DNA of 63,396 bases, filler included, from Olpidium bornovanus S191 (lineage: Eukaryota; Fungi; Olpidiomycota): NCBI GenBank assembly GCA_017911155.1. It is 30 parts of 30 records of this genome, joined end to end, with 100 filler letters (N's around TTAATTAATTAA, not from the genome) between each part and the next. Parts side by side here need not be neighbours in the genome. Positions count along the whole stretch, not along the records: positions 45,605 to 47,567 come from JAEFCI010002684.1; positions 47,668 to 49,898 come from JAEFCI010007666.1; positions 49,999 to 51,563 come from JAEFCI010002609.1; positions 51,664 to 53,088 come from JAEFCI010010350.1; positions 53,189 to 55,447 come from JAEFCI010000822.1; positions 55,548 to 57,670 come from JAEFCI010007362.1; positions 57,771 to 59,851 come from JAEFCI010006984.1; 23 more parts are not named here. One strand, given 5' to 3'. A program made the position numbers and the translations under genes. Below are positions 46,506 to 58,292 of this stretch, one piece after another. Position 1 is the first letter of the stretch. Each line of letters begins with the position of its first letter. Under the pieces are notes generated by a model. It did not search any database. It was given only the letters and a program-made list of their open reading frames with translations, and was not told where the DNA came from.

Positions 46506-47669
46506 ACCATCCAGAAAGCAATCAAATGCACCACAGGCATGCCGGAGAATCTAAACTTACTAATCACTTTACTCCGATGCGATGAATGCATGCTTGCTAA
46601 GTTTTATTGACTACCACATCCTCCAAGCAGCACAACATATGAGCTCAGTGAACTTTTCTATTCTCATCAGCGGCGCATCTTCAGCCCCTCTGGCTGTCGT
46701 TTCACTTCGAACGGCCGGTGTCGCGCGTCTTGCGCCGCTTTCGCGGCGTGCGGGAAGTCAACAGGCGGACGACACGTATCATCGCTTTCCACACGAGTTT
46801 AAAAAATTATATGGGGAAAGAAAGAGTGTGGAGCAGGAAATTATGTTATGGGATGTATTAACCGCCCTCCAAAAAACTACCCCGCCCGCGCCTCCCTCGT
46901 GCTCTTTGTGCAGCGGCAAAATGTCCGTCGCAACAATCATCTGCGCCCTCTGCTGAAAGGCACACTGGAAGACAGGAAACCCCCCCCCCCCCCCCCCCAA
47001 GCCCTTTCGGCCGCTTTCCTTGTTCCTCGACGCCCGGGGGGCACTGATTTGACCTAATTCGGCGCCTTGCGAGCATGAGCAGAACGAGCCCGGCCGGGTC
47101 TTACTGGAAAGTGCCGTTGATTCGCCCGGCGTTGCAATTTTTGTTTGCTTGGCCCGTTCGCAAACTGCGTGCTTTGATGAGACCGCGCCTTTCAACTTCT
47201 TAGGATTTCCGCCGCGTCGTGTTCCTTCCCCCCCCCCCCGCATAACCGCGTGGATCTCTGCTTCGCTGTTTTTGCACGCCGCCGCCCCGACCGTCGGGAA
47301 AAAAAAAATTGAAAAAAAAAAAAAAAAAAGAAAAAAAAAGGAAAAAAAGAAAAAAAAGAAAAGAAAAAGAAAAAAAAGAAAAGAAAAAAAAAAGAAAAGA
47401 AAAAGAAAAAAAAGAAAAGAAAAAAAAAAAAAAAAAAGGGAAAAAAAAAGAAGGGAAAACCCCTCGCTGTTCACCGGCCCCGCCCACACCTCACTTCCGG
47501 CCCCCCCCCCCTCACTTGCTTCCCCCATGACTGCCGAGGCCACCGCGCAGCCGACGACGCCCGTCCCNNNNNNNNNNNNNNNNNNNNNNNNNNNNNNNNN
47601 NNNNNNNNNNNTTAATTAATTAANNNNNNNNNNNNNNNNNNNNNNNNNNNNNNNNNNNNNNNNNNNNCA

Positions 47670-48449
47670 TGGAGGCGCGCGGTCGAGCAGGACGACGTGC
47701 TTTGCATCGGCCGGCCATACAAAATCAGAATTAACGGCAAGTTCGTCGCCGACTACCTCCGCTTCTCGTCGACGGTGACAGCGGTGGGCGACGCCTGGCT
47801 GAAGCGCAACGGCCTCGGCCCGGGGCGGCAGGATTTCATCGGCGCCCACATCCGCCGCGGCGACTTTGTGATCTACTACTGCGAAAAAAAGAACTTCCCC
47901 GAGGAAACGTGCAACCCGACGTACGACCAGATGTTCGACCAGGTGGACGACATCGCGAGGCGAGCGGCGGGGCTCCCCGCGCCGGCGCCGGCGGCGACGG
48001 GCGGGACCCCGGCGGAGGGCGAGGAAGGACAGCGGAAGGGGGAGGGGGAGGGCGGGACGCAGAGGCGGCCGCCTCCGCCGGCGTCGGCGGGCCCAGTCCC
48101 CGTCGTGCTCATGACGAACGAGAGGAGCAAAGCGGAGCTCGCCCGGATGGCCTCGCGTGGGTGGCTCCGGTTCTCTCCGTCGGGCGCCGACGTCCGGATC
48201 CTGATTCGCCACGGGGCGGCGCTGGGGATCCCCGAGCACGGCCTGAACGGGGAGATGCCGCGCTTGCCCACGCCCGGCGAGCTGTCGATGCTCACGATCC
48301 TGGTGGACCAATACATTGGGACGAAGGCGACATATTTCGTGGGCAACAGGCACTCAACATTCACGCTCGTCATCTGGCAGTTTCGCGACTGCCGGCGGGC
48401 GATTGCATGCAAGCATTGGGGCGAGCGGCGGATTGGTGAATCCGAGTAG
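47670..48449 (+). CDS. GDP-fucose O-fucosyltransferase family protein (GT-B), 5' partial
   Basis: YLRFSSTV...FIGAHIRRGDF...VVLMTNE...LVDQYIGTKATYFVGNRHSTFT. The HxRRGDF and D....A..FVG...STF motifs bind GDP-fucose. Confidence 0.85.
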   Translation, partial: WRRAVEQDDVLCIGRPYKIRINGKFVADYLRFSSTVTAVGDAWLKRNGLGPGRQDFIGAHIRRGDFVIYYCEKKNFPEETCNPTYDQMFDQVDDIARRAAGLPAPAPAATGGTPAEGEEGQRKGEGEGGTQRRPPPPASAGPVPVVLMTNERSKAELARMASRGWLRFSPSGADVRILIRHGAALGIPEHGLNGEMPRLPTPGELSMLTILVDQYIGTKATYFVGNRHSTFTLVIWQFRDCRRAIACKHWGERRIGESE

Positions 48450-49032
48450 GTGCAAATGGAGGAAAAAAACTACAAAAAAAGGCATTGCCTCTTCCCCCCC
48501 TTCTCCGCTCTTCCTCTATGATCTCAACTTCCTAATTTATTTCGGGATCATGACAAGCTTGCGCATTCCCTTTTTATTTTTTTTTTTTCGTTTCCAGCAA
48601 TTCTAAGACACTATGATACCCCCCTCCCGCATAGCCACCCATCCCCTCCACCCACCCCCTCCTCCCTCCCTCACCCCAACATTTAGTCCGTACTTTGTAC
48701 TAATCTTCAGGATTCACACGAGTGCTCGCGGGGGCCGGAAGGGTGTACGACCACCTCGCGGCGCATTCTTGGTAATTTACCTTAAAGCGAGAGTCAATCG
48801 CGGACGTTGGGGTTCGGGGCTCTTGGCTGGTTCAAGGTTGCGCAGTGGAAAAGAACGTGCCATATTTGGAGGGTGAACCGCGCCAGTGGGGGAAGAATTG
48901 CCGAAAAAAATAAAATAGAAAGAGGGTGTTGGAAAACGGAGCCTGTCCGTTGTTGTGTTTGGTGCTTATTGTGCTTATTGTGCTCTGTGAGTAAACCGGA
49001 GGGGAAACGTAAAGAGGCTCTCATATATCTCT

Positions 49033-49240
49033 CCATGGCTCCTTCCATGCCTCCCTCCATGGCTCCTTCCATGGCTCCTTCCATGGCACCACGGCGGCGC
49101 GCCATAGCGGAGAGGGTCCCCGTGGCGCCATGGTGCCATGGCGGAGGGGGTCCCCGTGGAAGTCCTCGTGGAGGTCCTCTTGGAGGTGCTCGTGGAGGCC
49201 TCGTGGAGGTCCTCTTGGAGGTGCTCGTGGAGGCCTCGTG
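49033..49240. repeat. Two adjacent 12-bp-period arrays: (CCATGGCTCCTT)x~4 and (GTGGAGGTCCTC)-type x7 with a 35-bp higher-order unit
   Basis: 49033-49086 and 49156-49240, read directly. Confidence 0.85.
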
Positions 49241-51663
49241 TTCCACAACAGAGAGCGTTGCTCCGGCCACATCCGCCTTTCGGTTCGCACACACCGCTTT
49301 CCCCGCCACTGAAACCCGCTGCCGAAAATGCGGGGACGCGGCGACGCGGTGAAGCCCACGTAGTCCGCCGTGCGATGATCAGCGCCGGCAACAAAGGCAA
49401 CTATTTTCCGCACCCAACGAGTTCGGCTTCGACTTCGAATTCAAATTGCTCGTAACTGCCATGCCCGTTGAGGTTGGCAACGCTCCCCGAGCGCCTCGCT
49501 CAGCCCCCTCCCCGTACCTTCTATTGTCGCACACATGGAAACTACACTGCACATGCCGTTTACAACACAGCTGGTGTTGGCGCTCTCAGCGATCTCACAT
49601 GCAGCGGGACCTCCGTGAGTGGAGTTTCCTGCCACACGACGATCACGTGAACTCCGCGGCCGTCCCCCGTCCAACGTTGAATTGGTTCAGGATCTTACAC
49701 AAGAAGCATGAGCCAGCTCTTGCGCGAGGGTATGTAGCTGATCCCGTAGCATACTCTGTTGACGAGAAGAAGGACTGTCATGACATCCTTGGAAGTTGCT
49801 GAAGCGTGATTGCCATCGTGGCAGAACATCCTAAGGTGCAGCCGCTCCGGCCGTCATTGGCTTGTCCAGCCACCAGCGGACAGCGAAGTCCTCCATTCNN
49901 NNNNNNNNNNNNNNNNNNNNNNNNNNNNNNNNNNNNNNNNNNTTAATTAATTAANNNNNNNNNNNNNNNNNNNNNNNNNNNNNNNNNNNNNNNNNNNNCA
50001 TGTATTTTCGACAGCCGCCGGCGTACAGAAAGCTAAATGCGCGAAAATGCTCGGCAAGCCTTCTCTCACGCGGGTTTTCCCTGCAGGACCCTGCGCAGGG
50101 AACCGTGCTCTTTTTTTACGTATTTTTTTTTTTATTTTTGTCCCACCGCATTTTTACCGACGAGTTTTTTTGATTAGGCAGCGATTGATTATGCAGCGCA
50201 TCGAAATCGCTGGCGCTGACGCGATGCCTATTTTTTTTTGAAGTTGTCAGTACGAGTATATCTGTACGAGCGATGCTTTTGGCCCGCCGCGTGCTTCATT
50301 CCCTCAAAAGATTGCATCGGGGTTTACCTTAGGTTTCCGACGTACTTTTTTCTTTTTGTTTATACGACCGCGACGTACCATTCTTTTTCTTCCTTTATTC
50401 TAATCTTTTCTTTTCTTTTCAATTTTCATTTTTCGATTTTCTTTTTTTCTTTTCTTTCCCGCATTTATATGCGTGTAAATGAGAAGAAGGGTAATTGGTA
50501 TCCATCCAATAGATACAGCTCATTTGATTGCACCTTAATTCGATATAAATGGTGTAATGATTTACATTAAATAGAATAATTATAAATAGATTAGTTGATT
50601 ATTTGTAATGCTATTAATAGTGTAAGAATTGGAACAACACTAAAATGGGGGGCGAAGCGTCTGATTGGGGGGGGGGGGGGTCGAATCCTGGTTGTGCCGA
50701 TTACAGTGCGCAGATTGCGCCGGGCTTGGACACGGGCCGCGCCGCGGGAGGCCAGCAAGGGGAAGGGCGGGGAGAGGAGAGGAACTAGAACTAACCTTGC
50801 AGCACCGCATAAAGCCCTCCCAGAGCTTTGCGCTATTTTCCGCGTGTTGGGTAGTATTGGTTATGACCCGGGTATCGATGGAATTCGGCCGGGTGCGCCC
50901 GGCACGACGAGAGCCAAGGATTCTCTCGACCCCGCGCTCACCCGTTCGCACGCGGCCACCACTGGGTTTACTCAGCTAGGTTTTTAACGAGGCAGAGCTC
51001 CACTCCGTACGCCTACGGCACGAAATAACTATCGCCTATGGCATGGAATTCGTTGTCTACGACACGATCTGAATCACGTATCTCTTTGGACTGCATCGTA
51101 TTTATAGAAGTACTCGCAAAAGAGGAGTGTGAAACGTAGATTCAGACCAAAAATAAACAAAACACAATCAAACCGCAACAAAAAGGAGAATATAAAAAAA
51201 TTCAAGAAAAGCAAATAAAGGCGAAAAAAAATGTATGGGGCGCTTGTCGGAAATAAAAACTGCGCAATATGTTGTACGCAATACAACCACACACAAGTCC
51301 AGTAGGTGTAATAGTCTGGTTAAGACGTCCTTCCTCGCGTTCGTTCTGCACCGAACTCAACTCTTTCGGTTGATCGCATCGTGTTCTGGCTCTTACTTTA
51401 CAAAAATCTTATCCTAACGGCTATTTATAATCCACAATGTCACATGTCGCAAGTCGCAAAGCAGTCATTTTTTAGAGAACAGGATGCTTGAGCGGAAGCG
51501 CCGGTGGTAGAAGCGAGGGAAAAAATGGGAAAAAAAAATGAAACACAAAAGAAAAATTATTCANNNNNNNNNNNNNNNNNNNNNNNNNNNNNNNNNNNNN
51601 NNNNNNNTTAATTAATTAANNNNNNNNNNNNNNNNNNNNNNNNNNNNNNNNNNNNNNNNNNNN

Positions 51664-52730
51664 CTCGACAAATATGTCTGCAGTCTGGTATCGTATGCCG
51701 TCCGGCACCTCGGCGTTGTCCGGGCTAGGATTCGGACAAAGTCAGCATTTGGCAAAAGAAAATCGAAATAAAGAACCGCATGAGTAGAACAGGTTGACTT
51801 GCTAAGGCGCACCTCAGTGGTATACGTGACATGATATCGGCAAAGCGGCAAATATCGTCGTTGGCCCAATCAGATTCAGTGAGGATAATGAACGACTGTT
51901 TCAGGATTTTGCGCATGAGCATATAAAATTTATCAAGTCTTTACGAAAAAAGAGATTGGAAGTTAATAAGCAAATAGTCTTCTTTCGGTCGAGCGGCGTC
52001 CAGCAGTCGCAGAAAACGGCCTTGGGCGAGTCGTTTACCTCAAGCGGTCGATGTTCGGCCATTCCCTGGAGAGTGTCTCCCAGAAGTAGCGGACATACTC
52101 CCACACGTTTTCCTTTTTTAGTCTGCTGGATAATGTCGCGAGCTTTGCAGCAAGTTCCTGCTGCACCAAGGGCTTGTCCGACATCCAAAAGCCTTTCACG
52201 ACCGCGGGAAGAAACGCGGTTGAGCGTCCAAGCGCAGACAGCAATCAAGGCGGCGGCGCCCGAACAAGCCTCCAAGATGTCTCTCACAATAAAACAGCCC
52301 CTTCCACAGTTTGAGCCACTCCAGCCTGTTCAAGTCCTTGTGCTGCAACCAGGTGGTCAAGTTCTTCAACGCTGCGTCGCGGACCTTTTTGTCTGCGCAC
52401 GCGAAGAAAGAAAAATAGCGAGGGTGTAAAGAAACCAAACGCGGACAGGAAAGCAGACCGCGATCGCCGCAAGCGGATGCTCAGCGTCGGAGAGGTCGGC
52501 GGCCGCGTGCGCTCACCGCTGTGCGCAAGCCTCTTTCCGAACGGCGAAGGGTCGGCGCCCGCACTGTTGCCCGTGGCGCCCACGGCACCGGCGCGGCCAG
52601 GGCCAGTTCCATCGAGGGAGTTGATTGCCCCCTTGTTCTTTTTACTTCGACGCCTGGCGCTGCCGCTCCGTTTTCTCTTGGTGGACTCTCCGGTCCCGTC
52701 GACGGCGGCAGGGGCCCCCGTCTTGCCCAT
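51664..52730 (-). CDS. RRP1: Ribosomal RNA processing protein Rrp1/Nop52, 3' partial
   Basis: FGKRLAHS-DKKVRDAALKNL...[24 protein letters not shown]...[25 protein letters not shown]. Confidence 0.93.
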
Positions 52731-53196
52731 GGCCAGCGGCTTGCTTGGTCCACGCGGTGACTCCCTTTTGTTCACCAGGCTTCCGTGGATTTTTTTTTTA
52801 AATTTTTCTTTTTTTTTTTGCAGGAGAAGGAAGGGAGAGGACGCCGGAGATTGCGCCTTCCGGACAGGCCCCGCATTGCACAACCGCCGACCCGCCCTGC
52901 GTTCGTTCCTCAGGACCGTGCACCCTCGTCAACCGCAGCAGCACACCCCTCCTCGGCCGCTTTTCTACATGGACCCCGTTCGTTCGCAGTGAGGGCCGAC
53001 GGGGTGGCCAGAGCTCTAAAAGGAAAACCACCCCTAAAAGAGGAAAATCAGCCGCCTGTTTGTTAACTTTGCAGGCACTGTCAACATCNNNNNNNNNNNN
53101 NNNNNNNNNNNNNNNNNNNNNNNNNNNNNNNNTTAATTAATTAANNNNNNNNNNNNNNNNNNNNNNNNNNNNNNNNNNNNNNNNNNNNACCCAAAG

Positions 53197-53250
<54 letters not shown>

Positions 53251-53291
53251 CGCCAAAACCCCTTTTTTCCCGGGGGCCCCCCCCCTTTTCT

Positions 53292-53332
<41 letters not shown>

Positions 53333-54059
53333 TCAAGCGGAAAGCCGGCAAGGGTTCGAAAAGAAATCTTCTTTTTTGTTTCTGCAAAAATAAACCGGTC
53401 GAGGCAGGTCGTGTGGGACGTCGTCATCGCCGGAACGGGGGTGGAGTGGGGGGTGGGGGGTTGTGCCGAGGCCAACGGCGATATTTTGCGGGTTCTGCCG
53501 AAGCGGGGGTCCCTCCCCCCCCCCACCCCCTGCCCTCTTTGAACTCGCCCTTCGCTCGCCCCCACAACCCTCTTTTGCGCGCAACGCTTTTTTTTTTTCT
53601 CCGAGAGGTAAACCGAAAAGAAAGCGGGCCCTTCCCCCCCCCCACCCCCTCCCCTCCTTTCCCCCCTCTCTTCCTCCTCCCCACACCATCCTGGGGAAAG
53701 CCGTTATATCCGGTTTACCAGAAAAATACAAAAAGATTTAAAAAAAAACCAAACCACCACTTCCGGGAGAACGGTTTTTTTTTTTCGGCGAAAGCGCGCG
53801 CGAAAAGGATTAAATAGCCCAGAAGACGCTCTTTTTTTTTTTTTCTTTTGGGGGGGGGGGTATTTTTTTTCGGGCGGGCCGCTCGCGTCGGCCAGCCCCG
53901 TAAACGGGGACGCGGAAAACCCCGAAAACCTTCCCGCTTCCCCCTTCCTCCCCCCTTTCCTCCCCCCAGAAAGATGTTCGGGGGGCCAGTTGGGGAAGAG
54001 GCGACATAGTTGGGGGAAAAAGAAAAAAGAAAAGAAAACAAAAAGAAAATAGTCCAAAA

Positions 54060-55330
54060 TTGTTGGAAAGTCCGTTGAGCTCAGGCAGATCGGGAACGTA
54101 CGGTGTTTCACCCAGCATCGGATCTCAGGAGCTCGGCTTGTAGTACAAATGACTATCTCGTCGGGCCGCAAAAAAACTCAAATCTTCCTCGGCCAACCAA
54201 GTTGCGCCGCGTGACGCCTCTCGTCCCGTCCCCCCATCCCAAGAGGAATCCTCGTGTGGAACCAAACTTCAAGCGGATTCGGTAACGAGTGAGCTTCCCG
54301 TGGCACAGCAATCCTCGGATCGTTTCGTAACCGAGCAACCGCATCGAAAATTCTGGCAGACAGAGAGTAAGAAGCCAGGGAAAGCGCGCCAACCTCCCGC
54401 TCCCCACCCCCCCCCCTTCTCCAACACACATTCAAAAAAAAAGAAAGCCGACGCAACTTTACTGGTATTTACATCTGCAAATATATATGCAGCGGGTGGG
54501 ATGTTGTTCACGGCCCCCGAGCGGTGGCCACCCTCCAGAACACCCGGTGAACGGGGAAGAACAGCTCGTTCAGGATGAACCCCGTGTTGCCCCAGGTGAC
54601 GTCCTCCCACCGGAATTCGGGAAAAATGACGTCAACCACGCCGGCCGAAACAGGGAGGGGTATGGGCAGGGCGAGGGCGGCCGCGGGGTCGCGGTCGTCC
54701 GCCAGCCGCGGTTTTCGCCGGCTCCTCTCTTCCCCCTCGCCCAACCCGTCGTCTTCTGCCTTGCGCTTGCGTGCCGGCTCGTCGCGAACCTCAGTCGCGG
54801 CTCCTGGCGGTTCCGCTTTCATCTCAACGGCATCCGCGGTCGAAACGGCGTCCGCAACATCGGCGAAGCCGCCAGCGTCCGTGACCGGTCGCGATCTCTT
54901 GCTTTCGGCGCTCAGATTCACAGTCGAGTTCACAGCAGCTAACCGGAAAACAGCGCTACTTGCAGGCGATCGGGATAGTTCGTACCTGCAACAAATGTCC
55001 AAACGCATTTTCGTCAGCAAATGAAATGCCAGGCTGCTTTCGTTTAGATTACTCGTGGCTCTCGCAAAGAGGTGCACGCGTAATAACGGGCCACACCTGT
55101 ACTGTTCGTTTTCCAGGTAAAGGACTTGGCTCTCGAACCGGGAGAGCGTTGCTTCCAGGTTTCGCTTTCCTCCGAAAGTATCACGCCAGTAGACGTACCT
55201 GCGATCAAGCGTTGCTCGGTCAGGTCTCATTTCCCAGTCTGTACGCAACGATGGCGCACGGGGAGCAGTACGATGGATCCCGATCCTTGTTGAACGTCAA
55301 CTCGTCTCCCTGGATGAACGCGGGCTCATG
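54060..55330 (-). CDS. Unidentified multi-exon gene fragment
   Basis: Long open frame 54508-55248 with GT-AG sites and an ordered-looking block (FPEFRWEDVTWGNTGFILNELFFPVHRVFW). Family not recognised and exon structure unresolved. Confidence 0.35.
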
Positions 55331-55547
55331 TCGTTCTCGGTTTTCCTAAACGGGCTCGTAACGTACGAAAAAAAAAAAAAATGAGAACCAGCCGGGTCCG
55401 GCGAGTTGCGACCGCGGACAGCGACACCCCCTGTATCTCACAATCTCNNNNNNNNNNNNNNNNNNNNNNNNNNNNNNNNNNNNNNNNNNNNTTAATTAAT
55501 TAANNNNNNNNNNNNNNNNNNNNNNNNNNNNNNNNNNNNNNNNNNNN

Positions 55548-57574
55548 CATGCGCATCACCTCTTCTGGCACGCCGTCCGGCAGAACCTTTGCGTGCCTGC
55601 TGCGCTTTAGGGCGGAAGGATACTCCGGAATTTCGTTCTCCTTTCCTCCCAGGCCTCTGATAGGCGACGGACGCCGAACGGTGAAGGGTGAAGCCTCATT
55701 TAAACTGATCGCTGTAAGCGTGCGCATCGCCTCCTCTGGCGCGCCGTCCGGCAAAACTTTGGCGCACCGCTCGCGCTTTCGGGTGGGGGGACACTCCGAA
55801 ATTTCCTTGATCCGGCCTTGAGACCTCGTGCGTCGGCAGAAGGGTTCTGACCGGGCGGCCTCGGGGCAGCGGGGAATGGCGGTCGTGGCGTCGGCCGACT
55901 CCGTTAGATCAATCACTGGAAAGCAAAAATACGGCGAGGATACGGTCCAGAAAAAAACAGGGATGAAAAGCAATATCAACAGAAAAGTAAATAATAAACG
56001 GAACGAGCTTCAAGCTCAATTTGCTCTTCTCCCCGTCGCCGAAACGGCCTACGCAGATTCCAACTCACCCTGCCTCGGTTGGACGCGGCTCTCGTTTCCG
56101 TAGTCGTCGAGAGATATCCAACGGAGCGCGGGTCCGCAAGCTTGTCCGGATTCCACCGGATGAAACCGCCGGAGGCTTGGGCCACCCCTCACGTATTTGC
56201 TGTACTCGCAAAGCGCGTGTTCGAGATCGATTCCACGAAGGCGCGGCACATCGGAAGGCAAGCGAGCGTTGACGAGTCGTAGAAGACAGGGTAAATCACC
56301 GTCCATTTTGTATCCGCATGCCCGGAGGCCGGCCTTCCCTCCGGGGCCGAGAATCGCCCATTCCCAGTCTTGCAAGTAAGCAACGCCATGCAAAAGCCCG
56401 TCGGCGGCGATCTGAAACGCCAAAAAGTTACCCAATCCTAAGAAAATTGTATGCAGCCAACGAGAGGGAGGTCGCGCATTAGCGAATTCACTGATGTTGA
56501 TCACGCAGACTCAGAGCGCAAAGGGAAATTTGAGTTTGAACGCAGGGAATTCCGAAACCCGGTCAATTACCAGGAATCGGGCAGTTTGCTGCCATCAGGA
56601 TTTTATATATCCTTTTGACAGACGGCTTTCGTGTACCATCTGCCGTAATCTTAGCCCAGATCTCTTCACCGTGCTCGAAGGCTGCCCGCCATTGAGCTTT
56701 CCTAAGGATAATGGACGTACAGCTGGTAAACGCCCCCTGCTCAAACGAACGCAAATGTCAGCGGGCAGTCCTCAATTTCTCGTTGACGAGACAGCACAGA
56801 AATTCGCGGGTATGGAGTAGTCTTGGACGATACGGGAAGTCGCGTTACTCACGGTTGCGATGGGGAGGCCATCTCGTTTTCGGCGGTCAAGGACTCGTAG
56901 CGCGCGCGAGCAGTGCTTTACAAACCCAAGCTCGTCATTGAACTCAGGCCGCGACACCAGGCGATGCACGACCATATTCGCGAAGAACGTCGGATCAGAC
57001 TGGTGTCCGTGCAAGATGTCGCGGATCAGAACGGACGTCCGGTCTGCTTCGCGGAAAATCTGCCAGACGAGCGTGACAGCGCGTCAGCGACAGCCAAAAG
57101 GTTCGGCAACGGCATGATCGAACCGCCGTTAGTTACGACGGACGCGTTCGCGCGAAGTTTGAGGGGCCAGGGGGTGGGGGGACGTGGGGTGCCAACTAAA
57201 ACCGCCCTGACTCCCAAGCCACGGGTTACGAAGGCGCAGAGACAAGCGGGGAGTCGCGAGGAGCCGCTCACGTTGGTGAACCGTCTGGTGCTCAAGAGGG
57301 GGTCGTCCGTCCAGGGGAACGGCCGGCCAGCCGCGCGCCGGTTGTGGATGCGGTGCCGCTCGACGATGAAGTATAGCAAGCGGCGCGGCACTTCGCCGGC
57401 GCAGCCAGAGCGGCGGGTCACGGCGCAGGACGGCACAACAGCCCCTGCGCGCGGCCCGCCGCCGGCGGTATGCGTCCGCTTGGTGCCGCCAATGCCGCTC
57501 GCTGCTGTCCGGCGCGCGGGCCGCGAGGCTCCAACTGTTGCAGAAGCCGGAGTATGGCGGGAACGCAGCTTCAT
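55548..57574 (-). CDS. 5-hmdU DNA kinase helical domain / alpha-glutamyl/putrescinyl-thymine pyrophosphorylase clade 1 protein, 5 exons, 3' partial
   Basis: Exons 57574-57272, 57059-56853, 56736-56571, 56437-56069 and 55915-<55548, all GT-AG with consistent phases. They encode YFIVERHRIHNRRAAGRPFPWTDDPLLSTRRFTN-IFREADRTS...PIAT-GAF...IP-GLGNFLAFQIAAD...LGPGGKAGL...DLEHALCEYSKYVR. Confidence 0.88.
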
Positions 57575-58159
57575 CCTGAGATCCTGCACGGCGCTTGCGC
57601 TTACAGGGCGCCAGCTACGGAAACTGAGCGTGCCCAGTAAAAAAACGAGAATCGAGAATTGGAAAACATGNNNNNNNNNNNNNNNNNNNNNNNNNNNNNN
57701 NNNNNNNNNNNNNNTTAATTAATTAANNNNNNNNNNNNNNNNNNNNNNNNNNNNNNNNNNNNNNNNNNNNCCAGGCCGTCGTCGCGAGCGCCGCCCAACG
57801 GCGGGCCCGGGCTGGACGGTCGAAGAGGACAAAATCCTCCGGCCCGGGCCGCCCCCCAACGAGACTGTGGAGGCCAGAGCCCAATGGACTCCTTTCCCCC
57901 TGGGCTGCCTGGAGACATTAAGTACTTAATGCATCGACCGCCCGGCGGCCCAAGGGGGAGGAAGACGGCAGGTGCGCGACAAGACTTTCCGCAGCCAGAA
58001 AGTACGGGGGGTGTGCTGTGGCACGGCCCGAGAACCGTCCGCCGACCAACGCCACGGAAGGCGGGCGGCGGGCGAAGAACAGCGGGCGAAGGGCGGAGGC
58101 GGCAGCGGTGTCGAGGGCAGGACGGGCCCCCGAACCCGGGGGTCAACCAATAGAATAGT

Positions 58160-58240
58160 CCCCCTCGAAGCCCGCCAATCGAAGAGCGCTTCCCCCCTTC
58201 CCCCCTCGAAGCCCGCCAATCGCAGGGCTTCCCCCTTGCC
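58160..58240. repeat. Two imperfect ~41-bp direct repeats (CCCCTCGAAGCCCGCCAATCG...)
   Basis: Read directly, at the end of the Gypsy relic. Confidence 0.6.
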
Positions 58241-58292
58241 CCCTTCCCCCCCCAGAGCCGCACGTGGGAACCCCCACCAACCGTAACCTTGC

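Noticed and set aside
17413-49240. Tandem repeats as possible CRISPR arrays
   Set aside because: No unique spacers, wrong unit lengths, no cas genes and a eukaryotic context.
56721-56736. A 16-nt microexon in the 5-hmdU kinase gene
   Set aside because: The implied next intron would be only 19 nt, and the frame reads through to IP-G at 56571, so it is part of a 166-nt exon.
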